Source: Candidatus Caccoplasma merdipullorum
GTDB lineage: Bacteria; Bacteroidota; Bacteroidia; Bacteroidales; G3-4614
Length of the DNA stretch: 61,565 bases
Reading direction: 5' to 3'
Assembly: GCA_017694415.1 (NCBI GenBank)
Contig: JADIMW010000068.1
Coordinates: 1-61,565 of the forward strand
Positions 1-7,800 of the stretch are shown here, in pieces. Each line of letters opens with the position of its first letter. The stretch's first letter is position 1. The notes beneath the pieces are model-generated. The model was not told where the DNA came from. It made no database searches and saw nothing but the letters and a program-made list of their open reading frames with translations. Made by a program: the position numbers and the translations under genes.

Positions 1-1003
1 GTTCGTCTATCTGTTTGCGGGAATATGCCGCACACCCTTCGGCAACTATTCCGCCTACATATTCGGCCGAATCGAATACCGCAAAGTTCTTCCCTTCGGT
101 AAGGGGCTTTATCTCTACAAAACGCATCCCGAATCGGATGTCGGGCTTGTCGCTCCCGTAATATTTCATCGCATCGTGCCATGTCATGCGCGGGAATTCT
201 CCGTCGAACTCTATCCCTTTTATCTCTTTGAATACATGTTTTACCATGCCTTCGAATATGGAGAGTACGTCCTCCTGCTCGACAAACGACATTTCGCAAT
301 CTATTTGAGTAAATTCGGGCTGACGGTCGGCACGCAGATCTTCGTCGCGGAAACACTTGGCTATTTGGAAGTAACGGTCGAAACCGGATACCATAAGCAA
401 CTGTTTGAATGTTTGGGGCGACTGCGGAAGGGCGTAAAATTCGCCGGGGTTCATTCGCGACGGTACGACAAAGTCGCGGGCTCCTTCGGGCGTGGATTTT
501 ATCAGTATGGGGGTCTCGATCTCCAAGAAATTCTGCGAGTCGAGGTATCGCCTTACTTCAAATGCGAGTTTGTGCCGCAATTCAAGATTTTTGCGTACGC
601 AGTCGCGACGCAGGTCGAGGTACCGATACTGCATGCGGAGGTCGTCTCCTCCGTCGCTTTCGTCTTCGATTGTAAAAGGCGGGGTATCGGATGTGCTTAG
701 TATATTCAGACTGTTTACTTCTATCTCTATATCGCCGGTAGGGATATTGCGGTTTTTATTATATCGTTCTTTTACCGTTCCCGTTACCTGTATTACATAT
801 TCGCGTCCCAATTTATTGGCGGCATCGCAAAGGGCTGCATCCACATCGTTGTTGAACACCAACTGCGTTATTCCGTAACGGTCGCGTAAATCGACAAACG
901 TCATCCCCCCCATTTTGCGGATACGCTGTACCCATCCTGCCAATATTGCACTGCTGTTTACATCGGCCATACGCAACTGGCCGCAAGTTACACTTCTATA
1001 CAT
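1..1003 (-). CDS. aspS: Aspartate--tRNA ligase, 5' part (runs off the left edge)
   Basis: My translation from ATG 1003 gives [15 protein letters not shown]...[27 protein letters not shown], then [51 protein letters not shown] and [11 protein letters not shown]. Absent from the ORF track because it has no stop in the window. Confidence 0.97.
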   Translation of the reverse strand, partial: MYRSVTCGQLRMADVNSSAILAGWVQRIRKMGGMTFVDLRDRYGITQLVFNNDVDAALCDAANKLGREYVIQVTGTVKERYNKNRNIPTGDIEIEVNSLNILSTSDTPPFTIEDESDGGDDLRMQYRYLDLRRDCVRKNLELRHKLAFEVRRYLDSQNFLEIETPILIKSTPEGARDFVVPSRMNPGEFYALPQSPQTFKQLLMVSGFDRYFQIAKCFRDEDLRADRQPEFTQIDCEMSFVEQEDVLSIFEGMVKHVFKEIKGIEFDGEFPRMTWHDAMKYYGSDKPDIRFGMRFVEIKPLTEGKNFAVFDSAEYVGGIVAEGCAAYSRKQIDE

Positions 1004-1050
1004 AATATAAATATTTCTTGCCGTATTGCTTACTGCATATTTAAGGCATA

Positions 1051-1058
1051 CAAAAGTA
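1051..1058 (-). promoter_or_regulatory. Bacteroidetes -7 promoter element for aspS
   Basis: TACTTTTG on the minus strand, ~50 nt upstream of the aspS ATG; matches TAnnTTTG. Confidence 0.65.
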
Positions 1059-1098
1059 CTATAAAAACAGGTTATTTCAAACTTACCGGACAATTAAT

Positions 1099-1129
1099 AT
1101 TGTAATAAAAATAAATATGATTATCTTTG
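1099..1129 (+). promoter_or_regulatory. Promoter of tRNA-Pro (-33 ATTG, -7 TATCTTTG)
   Basis: ATTG 1099-1102, 19 nt spacer, TATCTTTG 1122-1129, 25 nt before the tRNA. Serves as an internal control for the promoter consensus. Confidence 0.8.
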
Positions 1130-1153
1130 CAGGCGTTTTTAAATATGACGGAA

Positions 1154-1227
1154 CGGGGCGTAGCGCAGTCCGGTAGCGCGCCTGCTTTGGGAGCAGGTGG
1201 TCGCAGGTTCGAATCCTGTCGCCCCGA
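1154..1227 (+). tRNA. tRNA-Pro (TGG)
   Basis: CGGGGCG/CGCCCCG acceptor stem, anticodon arm CCTGC-TTTGGGA-GCAGG, T-loop GGTTCGAATCC; CCA not encoded. Confidence 0.98.
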
Positions 1228-1240
1228 CAAAAGCAATAAA

Positions 1241-1284
1241 CACCGATTATCAAATATATGGGTTTGATAATCGGTGCTTATTTT
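1241..1284 (+). terminator. Intrinsic terminator after tRNA-Pro
   Basis: 14 bp inverted repeat CACCGATTATCAAA (1241-1254) / TTTGATAATCGGTG (1263-1276) followed by CTTATTTT. Confidence 0.75.
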
Positions 1285-1448
1285 ATGCAATTTTCAGCCG
1301 TTCCAAAAAAGGGAAAAAGGGCGCACGTCATACTGCAAATTGCGCAGTTTTGGCACGTTCCAGTTAAATTTGTTTGCGGATTGTTTGTTGCATGATTCTA
1401 ATGCCTCAAAGATTATATCGGATTACTTTTTTACACGGCTTCTTCTTA

Positions 1449-1646
1449 CTAAAGCTGCGCTCTCCAGAAACGTAGTATTTCGCTGCCGAGATAAAATCTT
1501 CGTGCTGATTCTCTGCGGAAGCCACATTTTATATAGCCCGCGTTCGTATATCGCCGTAATGTACTTCGGTTAATACCTAAGATCGCCGATGCCTCGCCTA
1601 TGGAATATCGTCCCGTCAGGCTTACTTGTGGTTCTATTGCCGTCAT
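1449..1646 (-). CDS. Excisionase-like / MerR-type HTH DNA-binding protein
   Basis: 65 aa, YSIGEASAILGINRSTLRRY...G...RRFYLGSEI, the HTH_17/MerR winged-helix pattern typical of mobile elements. Confidence 0.85.
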   Translation of the reverse strand: MTAIEPQVSLTGRYSIGEASAILGINRSTLRRYTNAGYIKCGFRRESARRFYLGSEILRFWRAQL

Positions 1647-2045
1647 TATGCTATGCGTTTAATTGTTATCTCGTTGTAGGTGGATGATACAGCGTATCGT
1701 TTGCCGGTATCGCCTGTTATGCAAAATGTCATGAAATATGGCAGACGTTGGGGGAAGCCATAGTGTCTGTCGAACTTGCAAATTGTTTATTTCAACTCGC
1801 ACATTTATTTTGCTCATATTTTTCAATTATATCTGTAGAATATAGGGTGCAACACGATATAGTTTAAACTTAATGACTAACATCAGCATATAGGTTACGG
1901 TTCAGTTTTCATAGTTAAAAATTTTATTTCGTCTGTATATTCTATCCCCTTTCACATATATGTGTAGTGTGTATCGAACTTTGCATTCGGCAAAATGGAC
2001 TTGAAAAAGTTTATTTTTTCTTTCAACTTTCACTATATTTGCAAT

Positions 2046-2120
2046 GGAATCCAAATCCAAATAGGCCACCTCAGCGAGATTCGTTCGCTGTTGGTCTATG
2101 TCGGTTTGGATTTTTTCTTT
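2046..2120 (+). ncRNA. Candidate orphan structured sRNA A1
   Basis: -7 TATATTTG 2034-2041 (no clear -33). Stems AATCCAAA 2048-55/TTTGGATT 2105-12, ATAGGCCA/TGGTCTAT, CAGCGA/TCGCTG; U-tract to 2120. Confidence 0.55.
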
Positions 2121-2189
2121 GTCAGCATATTACTGCGTTTTTCCTGTTTCAGAATTTGGATTCTCAAAGTTTTTGCTTATATTTGTAGA

Positions 2190-2262
2190 ATATAGGATGC
2201 GGCTCGGCATAATCAAATTTGAAAACTCTGTTTTCATTTGTTTCTGCTCTCGCCTTTCGCTA
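2190..2262 (+). ncRNA. Candidate orphan structured sRNA B
   Basis: TTTG 2155-58, 19 nt, TATATTTG 2178-85. Hairpin with TGAAAAC/GTTTTCA and CAAA/TTTG stems; runs into the next promoter. Confidence 0.4.
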
Positions 2263-2272
2263 TATTTGCAAC

Positions 2273-2347
2273 GGAATCCAAATCCAAATAGGCCACCTCA
2301 GCGAGATTGGTTCGCTGTTGGTCTATGTCGGTTTGGATTTTTTCTTT
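2273..2347 (+). ncRNA. Candidate orphan structured sRNA A2
   Basis: TTTG 2237-40, 20 nt, TATATTTG 2261-68. Same hairpin as A1 (2275-2339) plus U-tract. Confidence 0.6.
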
Positions 2348-2410
2348 GTCAGCATATTACTGCGTTTTTTCAGCTTCGGGATTCTCAAAGTTTTTTATTA
2401 TATTTGCGAC

Positions 2411-2485
2411 ATACTCCAAGTCGAGATATTCAACCTCAGCGAGAGTCTTTTGCTGTTTGTTTATCAAACCTTGGAGTTTTTCTTT
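2411..2485 (+). ncRNA. Candidate orphan structured sRNA A3
   Basis: TTCG 2375-78, 20 nt, TATATTTG 2399-2406. ACTCCAAG 2413-20/CTTGGAGT 2470-77, CAGCGAGA/TTTTGCTG; U-tract. Compensatory changes relative to A1 and A4. Confidence 0.6.
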
Positions 2486-2536
2486 GTCGGCATAGAGTAG
2501 TTCATATTTGAGCACCACTCCTTTGGAGATTATTTA

Positions 2537-4738
2537 CTATCTTTGATGTTGAAAGTTCTGTTCAAATCCGAAATATGCGTCGTTTTTGTATGATTTGCGT
2601 CGGTGAGAATAGGACTTTTTATTTTCCAGATTGTTAATGCGGCCATTCTTTCTGCCGTCCGCTTTTTGACTGTCTCGAATACGTTCGGGAAAAAACTTTT
2701 GCCAAATATTTCTTCCAATTCGGCCCGGTCTTTCGCAAGTGTTTCGGGAGATACCGGCTTTATTCCTGTCAAATGAGAGAAAGGACTCATTTGTTCCATG
2801 GTAAACCACCCTCGGCTCGCCGTTCTCGTCCACCACTTTCGACGCATCAGCTTGCAGGATTGAAACTAAACGCCTATCTTTGTACTCGGCAGAAGACGGT
2901 ACAGGTGCGCCCCCCGTTGATGTAAAGCCATTGGCAATCTCATAGAGATTGCCTTTTTCTATTTCAGTAAGGCTATGGTCATAATACCTCTTGCCTTGCT
3001 TTACCCCAATTGTTACTTTGACTGTGTAATCGACACCACCTATTTTCAGTCCACACACATAGTATCGGTAGCTGTCATACTTGCCGTTACCTTTCTCATT
3101 AGGGAGTTCATCTATAAATATGGCGTTCTCTATGAGCTGTGGCGTAACCGCAAGCGATTTCAGGTGTGCTTCGTTATCCATGCGGGAACGGATGTCTTCT
3201 GTGTTTTTTTCGGTTTCCGGGTTTGGATTCTCAAAGTTTTTTATTATATTTGATGCAGTTTTAAGTTCTTGAGAGGTTATTTCCTGCTGAACATTGGGTG
3301 ATGCTGAGGAGAACCACTCAAGAGCTTTCTTTTTATCAACCCACTGTAAACTATTGTTCTCATTTATGGGGCGAATTATGTTCTCTATACGCCGACCATG
3401 AACGGTAGTTACATCGTTGACCTCAATATAACGTCCTCCATCTTGTATTTCCGATGATAAATCAAACGCAACAAACACATTTCTTCCAATCTTGTCTTTC
3501 ATTTCTGACAGGATCGACAGCGATTTGTCATCCTTTTTAAACACGAATATAGGCTCTGAAATTTTTTGCGGCATATTGATTATTGAAGAAACTTCTACAT
3601 TGTGTTTTTTGTTTGCGCCCTTATTTACAACTCTTTGTCGCATCACTATCGGCAAATTTGGCAAGAATATGCTCATAACTCCATTTGGTAGGCCAAGGTG
3701 AAACATCTCGTTTTTACTCATTTTTCCTTGCTGATAACGTTCCAACTCCTCGTTAAATCGCCTATTGACCTCTTCGAGGTCGTTATCCATGCGGAAGCGT
3801 ATGTCTGCATTCTCCGACGAAAACGAGCCTGTGTTGTCCGTAGCAGACTTGATTATATTACCTAAATTTTCTACTAACCCCAATTTCGTAGCTGGAGTTA
3901 AAAGTATTTCTCCGTCAGCACCTCTATTTCCAGAATATACACCAACAACAATATTATAAGGCTGTTCTCCATAGAACAATTCGTAGTATTTGTCAATATT
4001 TGTATTTAGTTCAGATACTCTACCTACTACAGAAATACCCTGTTCAAATATCTGGTCTCTATAATTATAAGACCTTCCCCTTTCGTTTATGTCGCCATAT
4101 CTATATGCAACAACAATAGAAGGTATTATTCCTTTTCTAATTGAATTTATAAGTATTTCAATATAATCTTTTTGAGAAACTATACTTTCAAGTAAGTTGT
4201 ATGCTTTTTCTTCTTGATAGAATATAGATTCATTATCCCATTCCATCCCAGTTTCATTCTCAATTTCTGAAATCTTATTTACATAATTATTAGCCTTATT
4301 TATTGAAATATCAAGTCTTGTTATGGGATTTCTTTCTTTTATGTTTAAGTATAATCCATCTATCACCCTCGGCTCGCCGTTCTCATCCACAACTTTTGAT
4401 GAATTTGTTTGCAGAAGAGAAAGCAAACGCTTATCTTTGACAGCAGAAACAGCATCTTCCTTGTTGGCAAACCCCGTATTTATGGGGTCAATACTTTCAA
4501 GGAGGCTGTTTTTTTCTATCTCGGTCAGTGCATGGTCGTAATATGCTTCACCGTCTTTCACGCCAACAACCAGCTTGGCGGTATAGTCCACACTGCCCAT
4601 GCGCAATCCCAACACGTAGTAGCGGTAGCTGTCGAAGCCCGTCTTTTCCTTGGTGTTGGCCTCTTCGGTGATGAACACGGCATTTCCTATCATTTGCGGG
4701 ATGTAGGCCGCAGATTTGAGGTGCGCTTCGCTATCCAT
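2537..4738 (-). CDS. Large polyvalent protein fragment (2x LPD3-like C-terminal module, MuF-C-like domain, ART-PolyVal-like remnants)
   Basis: 733 aa. Duplicated YRYYV.GL..G.VDYT.K...GVK.G..YYDH.LTEIEK and KVVDENGEPRV(VYHGT); IKSATDNTGSF; HNVEVSSI.NMP..I.EPIFVF. Recognised from motifs, not from a search. Confidence 0.7.
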   Translation of the reverse strand: MDSEAHLKSAAYIPQMIGNAVFITEEANTKEKTGFDSYRYYVLGLRMGSVDYTAKLVVGVKDGEAYYDHALTEIEKNSLLESIDPINTGFANKEDAVSAVKDKRLLSLLQTNSSKVVDENGEPRVIDGLYLNIKERNPITRLDISINKANNYVNKISEIENETGMEWDNESIFYQEEKAYNLLESIVSQKDYIEILINSIRKGIIPSIVVAYRYGDINERGRSYNYRDQIFEQGISVVGRVSELNTNIDKYYELFYGEQPYNIVVGVYSGNRGADGEILLTPATKLGLVENLGNIIKSATDNTGSFSSENADIRFRMDNDLEEVNRRFNEELERYQQGKMSKNEMFHLGLPNGVMSIFLPNLPIVMRQRVVNKGANKKHNVEVSSIINMPQKISEPIFVFKKDDKSLSILSEMKDKIGRNVFVAFDLSSEIQDGGRYIEVNDVTTVHGRRIENIIRPINENNSLQWVDKKKALEWFSSASPNVQQEITSQELKTASNIIKNFENPNPETEKNTEDIRSRMDNEAHLKSLAVTPQLIENAIFIDELPNEKGNGKYDSYRYYVCGLKIGGVDYTVKVTIGVKQGKRYYDHSLTEIEKGNLYEIANGFTSTGGAPVPSSAEYKDRRLVSILQADASKVVDENGEPRVVYHGTNESFLSFDRNKAGISRNTCERPGRIGRNIWQKFFPERIRDSQKADGRKNGRINNLENKKSYSHRRKSYKNDAYFGFEQNFQHQR
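2550..2625 (+). ncRNA. Candidate structured sRNA C, antisense to the tail of the 733 aa ORF
   Basis: TATCTTTG 2538-45 (no -33 at canonical spacing). AAAGTTCTGTTC 2552-63/GAATAGGACTTT 2607-18, CCGA/TCGG; U-tract. Confidence 0.5.
2887..2958 (+). ncRNA. Candidate antisense sRNA at the end of the second LPD3-like module
   Basis: CTTG 2851-54, 20 nt, TATCTTTG 2875-82. Perfect terminator GGCAATCTC-ATA-GAGATTGCC-TTTTT at 2933-2958 inside the coding sequence. Confidence 0.6.
3257..3334 (+). ncRNA. Candidate antisense sRNA at the end of a MuF-C-like module
   Basis: TTTG 3222-25, 19 nt, TATATTTG 3245-52. AAGTTCTTGAG 3263-73/CTCAAGAGCTT 3317-27, GGTT/AACC, TCCT/AGGA; U-tract. Confidence 0.6.
4444..4515 (+). 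ncRNA. Candidate antisense sRNA at the end of the first LPD3-like module
   Basis: TTTG 4408-11, 20 nt, TATCTTTG 4432-39. AAACAGC 4447-53/GCTGTTT 4505-11, TCCTTG/CAAGGA, ACCCCGTA/TATGGGGT; U-tract. Confidence 0.62.
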
Positions 4739-4859
4739 GCGGAAACGGATGTCTTCTGTGTTTTTTTCGGTTTCAAAATTTGGATTCTCAAAAGTTTTTG
4801 CTTATATATTGTAGAATATAGGATGCGGCTCGGCATAATCAAATTTGAAAACTCTGTTT

Positions 4860-7800
4860 TCATTTGTTTCTGCTCTCGCCTTTCGCTATATTTGCAATGG
4901 AATCCAAGTCAAGATATTCAACCTCAGCGAGAGTCTTTCGCTGTTTGTTTATCAACTCTTGGATTTTTTCTTTGTCGGCATACAATAATTTATCTTGGTT
5001 AATCCAGTTCAACCATTCTGCATTATTCTTTGGAAATATACCTCGTATATCGGAAACTATTAACTCTTTACGTTTTTGATTAAAATGTACTCCAACAAGA
5101 TAATTTTTTCCGTTTTGTTCTATTCCCAATATTAGATTTTGAGATTTTTGAGGATTTCCATACTTAAATATGGCAATAGGTTTTTGTATTGTATAAATAA
5201 GGTTTCTTAAATCCGAAATATTAAACGGGTGTTTTGCTGCTTCCGAATGTTCTTTTAGCATCTTTGAGGACATTTCTATCGGCAGGTCGGGAATGCCTGT
5301 ACTGCGCAATATTTTTCCCGGCCGTCCCAACTTGTATATGTGCCCTTGTGGCAGGGTTCCGCTTATCTGCTGCTCCAACTCCTCGTTGAATCTTCTATTG
5401 ACCTCTTCGAGGTCGTTATCCATGCGGAAACGGATGTCGATCTCGCGTGAGGCATCGAGTACTTTTTTCCATTTTTCGTAGGATTTTGTTTCTTTTTCTA
5501 TTACCTTTGCAAGCGGAAGGGCATCCTCTCTTGAAGATGTGAGGCCTCCCAGATCATTAGAACGGCTTAATGCGTCAGCATTGAGCCGTTCTACGTTTGT
5601 AACCTCGTAGGAGTATTGTTTATTACCCTCTACTGCAGACCTGCTTTCTTTCATTGTGGTTTTAACTCTATACACAATGCCGTCTATTTTAATAGCACCA
5701 TAAAAACGATGAATTAATGTATTGGCATTATAACCGTTCTCTGGTCTGCGTTCTTCATCTGTTCCTTTCTTGTAATCAGGATGTTCTTCTACTTCTATGC
5801 TATTGGCGATAACCTCGTCTAATCGGTTAAGAACTGCAATATGTATGCCTATATTGGTGCTTTTATCTGTTGCTTTTTTGCTAACAGACTTTTCTATACT
5901 TTCTCCACTAATAGTATAGTCAAACGCTGTTCCATAGTTGTCATAATACAAAGTCTTGCCTTGATATTTCTTTCTTGCATCTTCTTCGGCTTGTTTTATG
6001 GCCTCTACGACAGAACCTTTATACTTGTGTTTTGGTATGTTTATCACTTTTAGATTTTCTTCGGCAAGGTTAGGCATTACTGTGCCTTTGTTTTCTACGG
6101 CCCTGTTTACTCTTTCCGAAAATGTTTTGTTGTTGTCGCCGAGCCGGTACAACGATTCGGCCTCGGATTTTATGTGTGTTTCCTCGGCGGCTTTGCGTAA
6201 CCTGGCCAGCAGTGCGCTATTGTCTAACACCTTAACGGCATCGGCTTCCTGCATGTTTTTGTAAGATTGAGCCAGCAGGTGGCGTATGTCGGCATCGTTT
6301 ATGTCGAGGTCTATGCCGATACTGCGCAGAAACTCCCTTATTGCCGATATTATCCGCTGCGGGATGCTCTGCCGTACTCCTCCCTCGGCAAGGCGGGCCA
6401 TATATTCGTCCGCTATTATGCGACGCAGTTCTGCCTCTGCGGTATTCGGATATATCTTTTTGTATGTATCTTCATATGCTTTCTGCCGTTTTTTCGGCAT
6501 GGACCGGTAAACGGCATCGCAGAGTGCCCCGAAAGATTCCTCCCCGAGCAGGGCCCGCAACCCTTTGTGTGCAACTGCCTCGTGCAGGATTGTGGCTTTT
6601 ACGTCCTCCGCCGTTGAATGCATGGAGAGGTTTATGTATACTTTTCCGTTGCCGGGTGTATACCAGCCTTTTGCCCGCATGCGCCGAATGGCTTCCTGCG
6701 GGGTCTTGCCTTGCAGGTCCTCTTCGGGTATGTCTTTCAGGTCGGAGACAAGCACAATGTCCGGAGAGGCGGCAAGTTCTGACCGCAGCTCTCTTGCTGC
6801 CTTGCTTACCACGGCCTTTCTCTCTGCCTTTCGCTTTTCTACTGCCTTGGCTACGTTGTCGAGATACTCCTTGCCGAATATCCTGTCTATCTTCTCCCGC
6901 TCCTTTGCCCGGATTTCGGCAAGTTCTTCTTCCGTCATGTCGATAATATCCCTGCTCCCTGCTTCCTCTCCTGTACGATGCACGGGCGGCTCTTGTACGT
7001 TTGAGGATTCTTTGCTATATTTGACTGTTAAATTAGGAGCAGGGCTGTTTGGGGAACTCACCTCATAGGAATTCCGCTTTGACGGTAGATACAGTTCTGC
7101 TCCGTTTCTTATCTTATTTAAAAGATTATTATTCGTTTTTATGTGGACAGAACTGATATAGTTTTCTAATTCTCCGTCTTTATTTACCACTGTTACATTA
7201 TAAGTCTCTGTTCCATCGTACTTTTTGTACAGTTTTACGTACAAGCGAGAAGCATCGGTGTCTTTTATAACAAAGTCGGGATTTTCCAATGTAGCCCGTA
7301 TTGTTCCCGATACATTTTTTCTACTGTTCTTTATTATCTTGTTGTACGTCTCGCGTCTTATCTGAACAAATTCCCCTAATATGGTTCTGACAGGTGAACG
7401 ATATTCTACAATGAATTCCGATATATTTTCTATTTTTGGGGGCAAAGTTTCTTCTGTGCCTTTATTTAATATTTTCCGAAGCACTTTTTCAGCTTCTTTG
7501 CCCGACAACCATTGTCTGTCTTTTTCCGGTATATGTTCTTTTAATTGTTTGTCCGAATACTCCAAAAAAGCATCTCTGTACAATGCAATGTTGCCTGTCT
7601 CTTCATCGACACGTTCCTGTATAACATCAAAAAGATTATCCAAATCTTTTCCGAAAGTTTCCAATTCTTCCTTTGTCGGATATACAAAACCTCTCAATGC
7701 TTGAGGTGTTTTTTTAAACTCCTCGTATGTCATAAGTCCTTTCTGTTCTTTTCCTTTGTGCAGGTTAAATTCGGAGTCAAAAAGTTGATATATTTCGTAT

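Larger units (their letters stand above)
2033..2368 (+). repeat. ~110 bp direct repeat (2033-2141 and 2260-2368, period 227)
   Basis: CTATATTTGCAAYGGAATCCAAATCCAAATAGGCCACCTCAGCGAGATTSGTTCGCTGTTGGTCTATGTCGGTTTGGATTTTTTCTTTGTCAGCATATTACTGCGTTTTT occurs twice with 2 substitutions. Confidence 0.95.
2146..4907 (+). repeat. ~135 bp direct repeat pair (2146-2282 and 4770-4907)
   Basis: Near-identical copies of GTTTCA.AATTTGGATTCTCAAAG...GTAGAATATAGGATGCGGCTCGGCATAATC...CTATATTTGCAA.GGAATCCAA; the coordinates span both copies. Confidence 0.93.
2416..4982 (+). repeat. ~78 bp direct repeat pair (2416-2494 and 4904-4982)
   Basis: CCAAGTCRAGATATTCAACCTCAGCGAGAGTCTTTYGCTGTTTGTTTATCAA..CTTGGA.TTTTTCTTTGTCGGCATA in both places; the coordinates span both copies. 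Confidence 0.93.
3741..5438 (+). repeat. ~65 bp direct repeat pair (3741-3805 and 5374-5438) encoding DIRFRMDNDLEEVNRRFNEELE
   Basis: Near-identical DNA and identical peptide preceding both MuF-C-like domains; the coordinates span both copies. Confidence 0.9.

Noticed and set aside
176-878. Plus-strand ORFs
   Set aside because: Antisense shadows of aspS.
1967-2511. Plus-strand ORFs over the repeat array (66, 73, 93, 137, 62 aa)
   Set aside because: F/L-rich translations expected from T-rich antisense DNA, mutually overlapping, and crossing promoters and U-tracts. A small hydrophobic type I toxin cannot be fully excluded.
1995-2530. Repeats as a CRISPR array
   Set aside because: Units are 80-135 bp with no short constant repeat and unique spacer pattern, and no cas genes are present. 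They match domain 3' ends instead.
2146-4982. Diversity-generating retroelement template/variable repeat
   Set aside because: No reverse transcriptase in the window and the differences between copies are not adenine-specific.
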